A stretch of DNA of 64,000 nt from Eledone cirrhosa (taxonomy: Eukaryota): positions 20,088,001-20,152,000 of the forward strand of contig OZ024746.1 of the NCBI GenBank assembly GCA_964016885.1, read 5' to 3'. Shown in pieces: positions 11,567 through 24,010 of the stretch. Each line of letters starts with the position of its first letter. The first letter of the stretch is position 1. The position numbers and the translations under genes are program-made. The notes beneath the pieces were generated by a model that saw nothing but the letters and a program-made list of their open reading frames with translations, made no database searches and was not told the DNA's origin.

Positions 11567-12060
11567 GCTACTACTTCTGCTGCTGCTGCTGCTGTTACTA
11601 CTACTACTTCTACAAAAATCATCTATTTCTTTGCAGTGACATGATAAAACCTTTCCATCTGACACGATCCATCATTAACTGCTTCAGTTCTTCAACAGAT
11701 AATTCTGTATCTTCCTCAATGGTTCACTTTAATGTCCTGAGAGGTCTTCCATGTTTGTCTTTCACATTAGTGATCTCCCTTAGTAAATGTTTTGTAGCAG
11801 ATTTGTTGCCTCTTATAACATGACCTGCAAGTTGGAGATGCCTGACACGGGTGTTATGGCTAATTAATGGCTAATTAATGGGCGGCAGGTTGCTATAGAT
11901 AATTTTGTTTGTAACATGGTTAAGAAGATTGATGGTTTTATCCTTCTTAGCACTGTGGTAATAAGTATTGTCCACTACCATGATCACAATAAGATTGATT
12001 CCACTGTAGCTTTGAATAATCTAACTTTTGATTTTGTAGTTATGTTAGATTTTCATATAT
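11525..12060 (-). mobile_element. Degraded RTE LINE 3' fragment with an (AGT/AGC)n tail
   Basis: IKVRLFKATVESILL...RHLQLAGHVIR...HGRP...IEEDTEL...MMDRVRW. Confidence 0.7.
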
Positions 12061-12389
12061 TATCTAATTTATAAAACTTATATTTGAATACAAATATTAT
12101 ATAATCTAATTGAAATTTGATGAATAAAGTTTTCCCCTGTTATCTTTCGCTGGCTGTATGGTTATTTGCCGATAGTCAACAGAATTGAAAAGATCCCAAT
12201 CTGTAAAATAGATACCGTCCAATACAGAGATACATTCATTTACTATATACGCTTTTTTGAAAACTTGTACTCCTCTGTATATACCAGAGATACATTGTTA
12301 CAACCATCGTCCTGGTATGTTCTCTGTTTCCAGTTGAAGCCGTTCCACATTTATCAAATGTACTCATGAAAACAAAGAAAACAGTTTAA

Positions 12390-12620
12390 CCCTTTAGCAT
12401 TTAAACCGGCCGTATCCGGCCAGAATTCTTTCACCTCTTTCGGTTCATATCAGCCATAACCAGCTACTTACACTGATGTTAAGGTATTGTTCTCAAAATA
12501 AATAATATCAAAATCTCATAGATTCTATATATATATAGATATATGTGAGATATTATATAAGATGAAGCCATTACCATGAAGATACAATAGTATATATAGA
12601 GTAATATAAATGCTAAAGGG
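12390..12620. mobile_element. piggyBac-type MITE
   Basis: TTAA-CCCTTTAGCATTTA ... TAAATGCTAAAGGG, a 14-bp perfect TIR; the right-hand TTAA is not preserved. Confidence 0.7.
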
Positions 12621-12642
12621 AACATCTCTTATCTATATGTAG

Positions 12643-12800
12643 TGGGCGGTGAATTGACAGGGTCGTTATAACATCAGATAGAATGCTTTGCGGTATTCAT
12701 TGTGGGTCTCTACTCTCTGTGTTCAAATCCCGTCGAGGTCAATTTTGCCTTTTCATCTATTCGAGGTCGATAAAAAGTACCGGTCTAGTCCACTGCGAGA
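12643..12800 (+). mobile_element. Diverged tRNA-SINE (family A related)
   Basis: Box B GTTCAAATCC followed by CGTCGAGGTCAATTTTGCCTTTTCATC. Confidence 0.7.
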
Positions 12801-12879
12801 GTACACTAAGAGTAGGTCACCGGCTGGCAAAGTAGCCAACTAAAATATGGGCCTGGATATCTTACAGGTGTTTTCATAC

Positions 12880-14272
12880 TAGATGGCGGTGATGATGATG
12901 ATGAGGGTGGCGACGGTGTGATGGTAGTGGTGTGGCGTGGTGGTGGTGGTAATGGTGGTGATGGTGGCGGTGGTGTGTGAGGTGGTGATGGCAATGGTGA
13001 TGACGATGGTGGTGGTTTGTAGCGGTGGTGGTGTAGTGGTGCTGACGGTGGTGGTGGTGAGGGTAATGGTGATGACGGTGGTGGTGTAGTGGTGATGACA
13101 GTGGTGGTGGTGGTGGTGATGGTAATGGTGATGACGGTGGTGGTGGTTGTGTAGTGGTGATGACGGTGGTGGTGGTGATGGTAATGGTGATGAAGGTGGT
13201 GGTGTAGTGGTGATGGTAGTGGTGGTGGTGGTGGTGGTGTAGTGGTGATGACAGTGGTGGTGGTGATGGTAATGCTGATGACGGTGGTGGTGTAGTGGTG
13301 ATGGTAATCATGGTGGTGGTGGTCCTCGTGACAGTGGTGGTGGTGGTGGTGATGGTAATGGTGATCACGGTGGTGGTGATGGTAATGGTGATCACGGTGG
13401 TGGTGGTGTAGTGGTGATGACAGTGGTGGTGGTGTAGTGGTGGTGGTGTAGTGGTGATGACAGTGGTGGTGGTGGTGTAGTGGTGGTGTAGTGGTGGTGG
13501 TGGTGTAGTGGTGATGACAGTGGAGGTGGTGGTGTAGTGGTGATGACAGTGGTGGTGGTGGTGTAGTGGTGATCACGGTGGTGGTGGTGTAGTGGTGATG
13601 ACAGTGGTCGTGGTGGTGTAGTGGTGGTGACAGTGGAGGTGGTGGTGTAGTGGTGATGACAGTGGTGGTGGTGGTGTAGTGGTGATGACAGTGGTGGTGG
13701 TGGTGTAGTGGTGATGACAGTGGTGGTGTAGTGGTGATGACAGTGGTGGTGGTGGTGGTGTAGTGGTGATGACAGTGCAGGTGGTGGTGTAGTGGTGATG
13801 ACAGTGGTGGTGGTGGTGTAGTGGTGATGACAGTGGAGGTGGTGGTGTAGTGGTGATGACAGTGGAGGTGGTGGTGGTGTGGTGGTGGTGGTGTAGTGGT
13901 GATGACAGTGGTGGTGGTGGTGTAGTGGTGATGACAGTGGTGGTGGTGGTGTAGTGGTGATGACAGTGGTGGTGTAGTGGTGATGACAGTGGTGGTGGTG
14001 GTGGTGGTGTAGTGGTGATGACAGTGGTGGTGGTGGTGTAGTGGTGATGACAGTGGAGGTGGTGGTGTAGTGGTGATGACAGTGGAGGTGGTGGTGTAGT
14101 GGTGATGACAGTGGTGGTGGTGGTGTAGTGGTGATGACAGTGGTGGTGGTGGTGGTGTAGTGGTGATGACAGTGGAGGTGGTGGTGTAGTGGTGATGACA
14201 GTGGTGGTGGTGGTGTAGTGGTGATGACAGTGGAGGTGGTGGTGTAGTGGTGATGACAGTGGAGGTGGTGGT
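12880..14272. repeat. GGT-based minisatellite (GTAGTGGTGATGACAGTGGTGGTG-like unit)
   Basis: Direct reading; source of the His/Thr/Pro ORF 12806-14335. Confidence 0.95.
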
Positions 14273-14559
14273 TGTGTAAAGTGGTATCAATGACAGAAGA
14301 ATGAATTGTACGAAGAATATAATCTTAAGATACATGAAAAAATGTATTGGTGGGGGCGGGGTGGGGTGTTAGGTTGGAGGAGGGGATAGGGTGGGGTGTT
14401 TGGGTTAGGGTGGGGGTGTTAGGTTTGGAGGGGGGGGGGTGTTTGGGTTAGGACGGGGGTGTTAGGTTGGAGAAGGGGGCGGTGCTGTTAAAGGAACCAG
14501 TTGCCAAAAGGCCTCAATATGCAAATGTGAGGACGTGGGGGCTGGGGGGAGGGAGGTTA

Positions 14560-14674
14560 TATGTTATGTGTGTATGTGTGTGTACGTGCGCATGTCTGTG
14601 TGTGCCTGTGTCTGTCTGTCTGTCTCTCTCTCTGTTTGTGTGTGTGTCTCTGTATGTGTCTCTCTGTGTGTCTC

Positions 14675-14705
<31 letters not shown>

Positions 14706-14726
14706 GGTTGTGTGTGTGTCTTTGTA

Positions 14727-14769
<43 letters not shown>

Positions 14770-16400
14770 CTGTATGTGTTTGTGTGTGAGTAGTACGTGT
14801 GTGTGTGTGTATGTGTGTGAGTAGTGTGTGCGTGTATGTGTGTGCGTGAGTAGTGTGTGTGTGTGCATGAGTAGTGTGTGCGTGTATGTGTGTGTGTGTG
14901 TGCATGTGTATGTGTGTGAGTAGTGTTTGTGTGTATGTGTGTGTGTGAGTAGTGTGTGTGTGTGCATGTGTATGTGTGTGAGTAGTGTGTGTGTGTGCAT
15001 GTGTATGTGTGTGATTAGTGTGTGTGTGTAGTGTGTATGTGTGTGTGTGTGAGTAGTGTGTGTGTGTGCATGTGTATGTGTGTGTGTGTGTGAGTAGTGT
15101 GTGTGAGTAGTGTGTGCGTGTATGTGTGTGTGTGAGTAGTGTGTGTGTGTGTGTGCATGTGTATGTGTGTGTGTGTGTGTCTGTGTGACTGTGTTTATGT
15201 CTACCTCACTCTCTGGTGGGAAATTGCCCACTAATTTTCCACCGACGTCTCCCCAATTCTGTGTTGCCATGATACCCATACCCTACCCCTACTCACACCC
15301 ATACCACACACCTCCTCTATCTTAATTATATATGTTCGCCTTTTCTTTTTGTTTTTAGATTATTTCAAGATTTTGTTTGTTCCTTTTTATTTTTTAATTT
15401 ACACTGGTTTCGTTTCACCTATTTATGTTTCGTTCCATTTGTTTTGTATGTATTTTTAACCAACATTGCAGAAGGTATTTTAACACTTTTGTCTGTCTTG
15501 TTTTTTTTTGTTTTTTTGTTGTTGTTGTTATTGTTATTGTCGTTGTTGTTGTCACTGTTGTTGTTGTTGTTGCTGCTGTTGCTGATGTTGTTGTTGTTGC
15601 TGCTGCTGTTGCTGATGTTGATGTTGCTGTTGTCGTTGCCATTGTTGTTGTTGTTGTTGTTGTCATTGTTGTCATTGATTGTGTTTGTGTATATGTGTGT
15701 ATTTTTGTGTGTGTGTATGTCTTGTTTGTGTGCATGTGTGTGTGTGTGTGTGTTTGCGTGTGTGTGTGTGTGTGTGTGTGTGTTTATGTGTGCTGGTGTA
15801 TGTGTGTGTGTGTGTCTGTGTCCATGTGTGTTTATGTGTGTGTTTGCGTGTGTGTGTGTGTGTCTGTCTGTTTATGTGTGTGCAGGTGTATGTGTGTCTC
15901 TGTGTCCATGTGTGTTTATGTGTGTGTTTGCATGTGTGTGTGTGTGCGCGTGTGTGTGTGTCTGTTTATGGGTGTGCAGGTGTATGTGTGTCTCTGTGTC
16001 CATGTGTGTTTATGTGTGTGTTTGCATGTGTGTGTGTGTGTGTGTCTGTCTGTTTATGTGTGTGCAGGTGTATGTGTGTCTCTGTGTCCATGTGTGTTTA
16101 TGTGTGTGTTTGCATGTGTGTGTGTGCGCGTGTGTGTGTGTCTGTTTATGGGTGTGCAGGTGTATGTGTGTCTCTGTGTCCATGTGTGTTTATGTGTGTG
16201 TTTGCATGTGCGCGTGTGTGTGTGTCTGTTTATGGGTGTGCAGGTGTATGTGTGTCTCTGTGTCCATGTGTGTTTATGTGTGTGTTTGCATGTGTGTGTG
16301 TGCGCGTGTGTGTGTGTCTGTTTATGGGTGTGCAGGTGTATGTGTGTCTCTGTGTCCATGTGTGTTTATGTGTGTGCAGGTCTGTGTGTCCATGTGTGTA
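14560..16400. repeat. Compound (GT)n-derived minisatellites and (GTT)n tracts, with a unique spacer at 15190-15500
   Basis: Direct reading. Confidence 0.9.
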
Positions 16401-16503
16401 TATATGTAGTATATGTAACAACGAATGTCATGTGTGAAACCGTGTAATTATCTAGACTGTGTTAACAGGAACACCAGAATATTCCAGCAAAGGAACGCAC
16501 ACA

Positions 16504-16544
<41 letters not shown>

Positions 16545-16941
16545 ATACATACATGCGTATATACATACATGCATTGTATATATATACATATATCAACGCC
16601 TACACAACCTTCCTAGGAATGAGTGGTGAGAGAAGAAGAAGAAGAAGAAGAAGAAGAAGAAGAAGAAGAAGAAAGTTATTTGTTAGTTAAGTCAAATACA
16701 AATGTCAACTTCGGTTCATGAAATAGATCTACACATGAAATGTTGTTGTTGTTGTTGTTGTTGTTGTTGATGGTGTTGTCATTGTTGTCGTCGTTAGGAT
16801 TGTTGTCCTTGTTGACATCATTTTTGTTGTTGTTGCTGCTGCTACTGCTGCTGTTTCCCTCCCATTTGATTTGTCATTACACGAGGACGATGAAGTGGGC
16901 GAGTTACCACCGGACATAATGAAATGTCCGGTGGTATATTA

Positions 16942-17130
16942 TCTTCTTCTTCTTCTTCTTCTTCTTCTTCTTCTTCTTTCCTTCTTCTTCTTCTTGTGGG
17001 GCCAGAATCCTCAAACACTCCTTCGAGCTGGTCCTGCCTCCTGTTAAAGTATCTATCTCTAATTGATCCAGTTGGTTTTTGCCTGCAAAATGAAAAATCT
17101 GTCCAGCGATTCTTTCCTGAGACATTCTGT
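16942..17130 (-). mobile_element. RTE (Expander/Rex3-like) 3' fragment with a (GAA)n tail
   Basis: RMSQERIAGQI motif, shared with 23845-24010 and 61347-61700. Confidence 0.7.
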
Positions 17131-17949
17131 AAAAACGACAATTATTGTTATGAGAGTGGACACCGTCTGTTTGACTCAAGATTCAGTAAAAACTTATGAC
17201 CCAAATAACTTATATAATACTCGTCATATATAAATATGCAACAATTATTTCTGCAAAGTAAACTGTCAATTAGCCCAACGTTCTCCTTGTTGAACATATT
17301 CTACAGCAAGTTTATATCAATAATATATTTTCAAAAAGCTTGAACGTCACGATACCATAGAAAAAAAAAGTTTATAGATGTGTACATATGCGTAAATAAG
17401 TATTTTATTTTTCAGAATAGAAATTAAGGAATTCCAGTAATCGATTGACTTGGAAGTAACAAACAGACACAAGTGGGTTGTTTATTTCAGAGTTAACAAT
17501 ACATAATGTTACACGTGTAAGTCAAACAGGTTGATGGTGTACAGTTGGGCGTGAACTGTAGTACATTCTTGAAAAGATTAAAGGCTGGGAAGTTGATAGG
17601 CTGACCAAAATACTCTCATTGAATGATGAGGGGGGGGGGCATCTTTGTAAGGAATGTAAGCCATAAAGTTTAATTCAATTGTGAAATATATAAATCTGAT
17701 GTACAGAATGCCGATAAAAATATTACATTTCGTTATAAACATTTATCATAAATGGTCATAGTTGACTGTTTACTTATATTCTCTAACTTCGTCTTTAGAG
17801 AACAGAGCTCTAACATGGCTGACAATGCTCATGATTTCAATTGCTATCATATGTGGTCACGTATCTCACAAAATCAGTCACCCAAGTAGCAATTGAACAC
17901 ATTTATAAGAGCAAGTATTTGTTGTTCATATTTATAAGTATATATGGAC

Positions 17950-18180
17950 TCGTAACTCGCAAGTGAGTCGTAGGGGCACCGTATTGACATACTGGTGTTT
18001 CTAGGGCTTTTTTATTAGAAACCTGGCGGGAACTATCCCTTTTCAGTGAATACAACAGATTTCTTCAAGAGAAGGATAGAAAGTGAGAGAACAGAAGTGA
18101 GAAAAAGATATAGAAGAAGAATCGACCCCGAATTGATGAAAGGCAAAGTTGACCGTGGCGGGATTTGAACTGAGAGAGTT
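17950..18180 (-). mobile_element. Long-tailed tRNA-SINE subfamily
   Basis: Family A-like head with a different tail shared with 46205-46543 and 61880-62135. A direct repeat TATCTCACAAAATCAGTCACCCAAG lies at 17862 and 18191. Confidence 0.7.
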
Positions 18181-18279
18181 GTAGTAACTTATATCTCACA
18201 AAATCAGTCACCCAAGCAGCCAATATGAACCCATTTAGACCCCCCAGACCACACCCCTCCATACTCACTGCTATCAGAT

Positions 18280-18385
18280 AGAGTTGGCTACCCGAGGGTG
18301 TGCGAGCCCTGCGAGGTGGAGTGGGTGTTCCAACACGTCTCCATCACCATCCTCCAGGGCAATGTCTTCTTTATCCTATTGGCCG
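18280..18385 (+). mobile_element. CRE-type LINE C-terminal fragment
   Basis: [26 protein letters not shown]. Confidence 0.7.
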
Positions 18386-18391
18386 AGACAA

Positions 18392-18579
<188 letters not shown>

Positions 18580-18665
18580 TTAACAATGATAATAATAACG
18601 AAGGCAAGTTATTTTACATATTCATTTCATTGTTTTACGATCGTTTCAGAGGTAGACGACACTGC

Positions 18666-18780
<115 letters not shown>

Positions 18781-18795
18781 GAAAATAGAGAAATT

Positions 18796-18993
18796 AATTG
18801 TTTCTACTTTTGGCACAAGGCCAGCAATTATCCCAGTGTATTACTGGTACTTTATTTTATCGACCCCGTAAGGATGAAAGGCAAAGTTAACCTCGGCGGG
18901 ATTTGAACTCAGTCCGTAAAGGGACGTAACTGTGCTGCAAAGCATGGCGTCCGACCCTCTACCGATACTGCCAATCCCACCGTCCAATCCACC
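18796..18993 (-). mobile_element. SINE family A, full length
   Basis: A and B boxes; 19-bp TSD TGAAAATAGAGAAATTAAT at 18780-18798 and 18994-19012. Confidence 0.9.
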
Positions 18994-19104
18994 TGAAAAT
19001 AGAGAAATTAATGTGAGCAAGAAGCCAACAATAATTCATAATATATAAGTGACTATTACGTCAAGATGGAAAATATTTAACGTAAGATATGGGAAAATAA
19101 TTCA

Positions 19105-19937
19105 ACACATCTTCAAATCTATCGACCGGACGTCAGACCCCGACGATATCGTTAATTATCCGGTTGAGTTATTAAATTCCCTTGAGCCCCCAGGGCTCTC
19201 ACCTCACATTCTTAAGCTTAGGGTTGGCTGTCCCATTATGCTAATAAGGAACTTGCGTCCACCAAAGCAGTGCAACGGTACTCGCATGGTCGTCAAGTCA
19301 ATGACGCCCCACTTGATTGAGGCCACCATTGTAACGGAGTGTGGGAGAGGGGAGAATGTTTTCATTCCAAGGATGAACCTTTTCCCCTCGGCGTCAGATA
19401 TCCAGTTCGATTTCCGGCGATCCCAATTTCCGGTGAGACCATGTTTTGCCATGTCCATTAACAAGTCACAATGGCAAACATTGTCGGTGGCGGGAATCCA
19501 TTTGGGGGAGCCATGCTTCTCCCATGGCCAACTTTATGTTGCCTGTTCCCGCGTAGGGAGCAGGAATGGAGTTTTTGCTTACACTCCTCAAGGGATGACA
19601 CGCAATATCGTCTACAAAGAGGTGATATAGATGTTGGTGCAGGTGTTGGGGCTATGCCGTCTGGAAAACTGGTAGGGTCACCCATAGCGGACAGATCTGA
19701 CACCCAGCGGCATCAGGGCCACCATCTTGCAACTTTGGTCTACTAAATTCGCTATTGGAAGATTATTAACCCATCATTGATTGTCCAAAATGCTAATTGG
19801 TTCGTAACTATTAATAACCGGTTCAACTGCTTTATGCACTTAATTGATAAGCTTATGCGCTTTCAAGCTACGTTTACCTGTTTGTAACTTTTTATAGCAA
19901 ATGAACAAACCCGAGCAACGCCGGGATAAACTGCTAG
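19105..19937 (+). mobile_element. Helitron 3' end (PIF1-family helicase C-terminus, hairpin, CTAG)
   Basis: NYPVELLNSL..PH.LKLRVGCPIMLIRNL..CNGTR..FIPR..QFPVRPCFAMSINKSQ.QTL..FSHGQLYVACSRV..TRNIVYKEV; hairpin CCCG..CGGG at 19910-19925; CTAG at 19934-19937 followed by T. Confidence 0.92.
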
Positions 19938-19963
19938 TATATATCTATATCTCTCTCTCTCTC

Positions 19964-19991
<28 letters not shown>

Positions 19992-20012
<21 letters not shown>

Positions 20013-20109
20013 CTCCAGTTGCATTTTCGATTTCATCTTTTTTTCTTTATACTTTCACTCGTGTAGGACACCTCGGTTATTTTTCATTTTGTAAATGAAA
20101 CCTCACTTT

Positions 20110-20110
<1 letters not shown>
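19992..20110. repeat. Short interspersed repeat in (TA)n, paralog at 25851-25951
   Basis: ACTCCAGTTGCATTTTCGATTTCATC...GTAGGACA shared by both sites. Confidence 0.75.
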
Positions 20111-20192
<82 letters not shown>

Positions 20193-20298
20193 CGTTTCTG
20201 AATTTGTTTAGCAAGATTCTTTATCTGAAATCGTGTGTTGAAACCGATATTGGCAACATGACCCTCCCAAAGTATAACAATATATATATATTGTAAAA

Positions 20299-20606
20299 GG
20301 GGGGTAAAATTCCCGAGATTCATGGACGAGCTCTCTCCAGCGGTCTCTGTCCCTCATTATCGCTGCCATGTCCTGCATCTCCAACAGACCAGTGTCTGTC
20401 CTTAGGGCATCAACATACGCTAACCTTGGTCTTCCTCTTCTAGTGTGTCCATGTAGGGGCTCCCAAAGGAGTACTGAGTGCAATTAATCAGTATACACTG
20501 AGGATGAAAAACTCAGAGCTGTATGGGAGCATCCCAAAAGTCAGCTCAAAAGTGACACAGAGGAGACTGAGGTTGGCTGGACATGCTCACCGACATCCAG
20601 AGTTGA
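20299..20606 (-). mobile_element. RTE 3' end with a 5' inversion, in (TA)n
   Basis: Minus 20299-20484 encodes [26 protein letters not shown]. Plus 20497-20606 encodes [27 protein letters not shown]. The two parts are contiguous in the 41021-41260 copy. Confidence 0.88.
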
Positions 20607-20624
20607 TATATATATATATATATA

Positions 20625-22130
20625 TAACCCGGTCTATAACAAATCTATTAAAACCAATCTACCCTCAAAATTCTTTCGATTAGTTAGAAAACACTTTCCA
20701 ACATCACATAAATATAATAAAATCTTAAACCCTAACACTCTCGACTTTCATATTCAACCGCCCCTAATATTGAACAACATATAAAAAAGCTTAACGCAAA
20801 ACGGTTGTATAAACGCCTTCCAACACATAACAATACACGTAAAACATTAGCTATAACATCACAAAACAACAAACAACATCCTGTCCTACATAAGCAACCT
20901 CATCAACCCATCCATGGCAATACAACAACGCAAAATTATAATTGCAACTGTGTCCAACCAGGAATGTGTCCGTTGAACAATCAGTGTCTTGAACGCAACA
21001 TCGTATACAAATGTACTATCGAATCGGATAGACAGAAGTGGTACTATGTGGGATCTACAGCCACCTCCTTCAAATCACGCCTTTATAGACATCGTTATTC
21101 GATAAAACATGAAAACCAGCGTTATGTAACAACACTCGCAGACAAGGCTTGGCAGCTGCGTGAAAATAACCAACAATTTCACCTAAAATGGGATATAATA
21201 GCGGCTGCCCCCCCCCCCCCCCCCCCCCATATTCCCATGGACAGGAATTTTGTAAATTATGTAATGTAGAATTATTTTGTATTATGAAATCCAAAAACAT
21301 TTTATTAAATAACAGAATAGAGCGATCGTTATACTGTAACCATCGCTTAAAATCTACATTTTCATATTATAAATACTACCAGGATTGAACGCCTGTTTCT
21401 ATCCCCGTTTGATTGTCAAAATAGATATGAACATTCTTTATTAGTCTTAATTCTATCAACTCTTCTATTATTTACCTTTTAATACAAACTGCTATAGATA
21501 AAATGAGATTTCTGATTTCTTGATTCAATTCCCTAATGCATATACCAGCTGGCTACTAGCATTGATGTTATTTAGTAGCAATCGAAATCTCCCCCTTCCC
21601 CAATTGACACTTTATAATTAATACTACTGCACCAAATGACCAGCCCTGTCCACTGTCCAGTTGGTCAAGTAGAGATTAAAATTGGCACTCCCAAAATTCT
21701 TATTTAGATTTACTCATGGTATTCTCATTAAAAACCCATTATATACTTGTTTAGCAGTAAATTAATTTACCATCTGTCATATACTATCCCCTCTGTTTCT
21801 TCCTCTATTACTAATATAAATACTTCAATTTTTCTGATTTTATCCAGTTTATCCAAAATCTCTGAAGAAGTGGCAACTGATTATACATTTGCTATCGAAT
21901 ACTTGCTAACATTATATGATTACGCAAGCAGCGGTACATAGGTATTCGGTCTGTTACAGAAACATATGTCAATACCTAATAAATTCCTTTTTTAACAAAA
22001 GCACTTTCATTTTATATTCATCCTTTCTATATTTCTCCGGAATATAATTTATACTCGTTGAGCAAACCAGCACGTACGCTGTTCATCTCTAACGTAACGA
22101 TATATTATCACTACATTATTGATAACCTAA
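20625..22130 (+). mobile_element. 5'-truncated Penelope-like element (thumb region, Cys linker, GIY-YIG endonuclease, pLTR)
   Basis: YNPVYNKSIKTN..KHFP..; CNC-x5-C-x5-C linker; IVY..YVGST..FKSR..H; CKLC..E..LLN.R.E..CNH; frameshifted. Confidence 0.9.
21858..21974 (+). ncRNA. Type I hammerhead motif with a long branched stem II
   Basis: CTGAAGA 21862-21868; stem II base GTGGCA/TGTTAC, inner TCGAATACT/GGTATTCGG; GAAA 21959-21962; palindromic ACATATGT; C17 at 21970; stem I degenerate. Confidence 0.65.
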
Positions 22131-22224
<94 letters not shown>

Positions 22225-22500
22225 AGGATGAATATAAAATGAAAGTGCTTTTGTTAAAAAAGGAATTTATTAGGTATTGTTCATCTCTAACGTAACGATA
22301 TATTATCACTACATTATTGATAACCTGAAATTTTATATATATATATATATATATACTTAGGGTAAACATTGATGCAATTCAATTCAAGCATTAAACGTAC
22401 TTATTCCACATAGGAGTGACGGAGTAAATATCGAATAAGTAAAAGCGAAGTAGTTTCAGATGTTCAAGTCCTTTAATAATAATGGAGTGATATATACTTC

Positions 22501-22688
22501 TGGATTGGCAGTATCGGTAGAGGGTCGGACGCCATGCTTTGACGCATAGAGTTACGGTCCTTGCCATTCTGAGTTCAAATCCCGCCGAGGTTTACTTTGC
22601 CTTTTATCCTTACTGGGTCGATAAAATAAAGTACCTGTAATGCACTGGGTAATTGCTGGCCTTGTGCCAAAAGTAGAAACAATTATTA
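22501..22688 (+). mobile_element. SINE family A
   Basis: A and B boxes, body and (ATT)n tail; flanked by a 39-bp inverted repeat. Confidence 0.9.
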
Positions 22689-23844
22689 TTAAAGGACTTG
22701 AACATCTGAAACTACTTCGCTGGAATTTGGTAGAATATATATATATATGCATGTATATATATATGTATATACATGCGCACACGCACACGCACACACACAC
22801 ACACACACATATATATACGTATATATATGCATACTTGCATATAGGCCTGTTTATATTTGTATGTATGTTTCTGTATGTGAGTGTGGGATTATTTTTATCA
22901 AACCTAGTTACAGCAAATCTTTATACTAAATTAGGCTTGACGAATTCTAAACTCAAGTTTTATTCTTTACTATTCTCAATTAAAATTAATTGATAATATC
23001 TTATAATAACTGAAGCATGATGGTCTCTGAAAAAGTACTGACATCGAGGTATCTCCCCGTATGATATTACTGTTTCTATCTTGTCTTTTGGCTTGATAAG
23101 ACAAATTGTTATAAATACATTTAGTGTAGGAGCTCACACGTTTTATATAAAGAATTTTAAATGTTTCATTATCTGAGACTCTCTATGTAATTAGTAGATA
23201 AAAATTCTCTCAAGGCGTGTTCAAAATCTTAAAACTACAAGGATACGAAATAACTCCAAAATGTTTGCAAAATATATATCAAATTGCTGTTTGTGGGAAT
23301 ATTGTCTTTAAGGTAAATGGTGAGAGCAACGGATGTGTTTTATTTAACCTCGTCAGTGAAGTATACTCTAATCAGTTGGTAAGACCAAGAGAGATCAATA
23401 TACAGATATATGTCACCCCACATCGGTAAGAAGTTCCAGACTTAAGTTGAAAAGCAACCAACGTCAAATGTTATGTTTTTATTCGTTATTTTTTAGGGTT
23501 TTAAACCTGTGATAATCAGGCGTCCGTCTTGTGTTCTCAGTTGCTTAAGGCTAATGAAACATGCATAAACACCAGTCCAATGAGGCTCCGGGGTTCAGAT
23601 AGGCTTTAACCTAACTAAATTTCAAGTCGGAAACACTAAATCAGAATTTGTTGCTGTATCAAAAGATTATTCTGAAGAAGAAAAAGTAGTTTTTATATTT
23701 GGAATATACGAATAATCAAACCAATCCATGGGTAGTATTATATATAGTTTTATGACAATGCCAAGTTACACAAGAAAGTAATATCTGCAGAGAGCTTTTT
23801 TGTCACTGCCGAAAATGTAAATATCTTTTTATACAATCGAGATT

Positions 23845-24010
23845 TTGTACCCTTGGGTCTCCTGAGAGTTGGTTTTGCCCATAAAATCTGTCCAGTAATT
23901 CTTTCTTGAGACATCCTAACCACATGCCCATAGTATCGGAGCTGTGATCTCTCAATTCGGAGAAGTAGCAGCTCTACCTGGAGTGACTTTCTGATCTTCC
24001 AGCTACATCT
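23845..24010 (-). mobile_element. RTE 3' fragment
   Basis: IRKSLQVELLLLRIERSQLRYYGHVVRMSQERITGQILWAKP..RRPKG. Confidence 0.8.

Noticed and set aside
12806-14335. 509-aa ORF with an apparent signal peptide and His/Thr/Pro repeats
   Set aside because: The body is a triplet-phased GGT minisatellite, and the hydrophobic start is plausibly chance in AT-rich flank. Expression data would be needed to revive it.
16842-17141. Recurrent 'exon-like' sequence also at 23.9 kb and 61.5 kb
   Set aside because: All three translate as the RTE C-terminal RMSQERIAGQI region, two with (GAA)n tails; not a host gene family.
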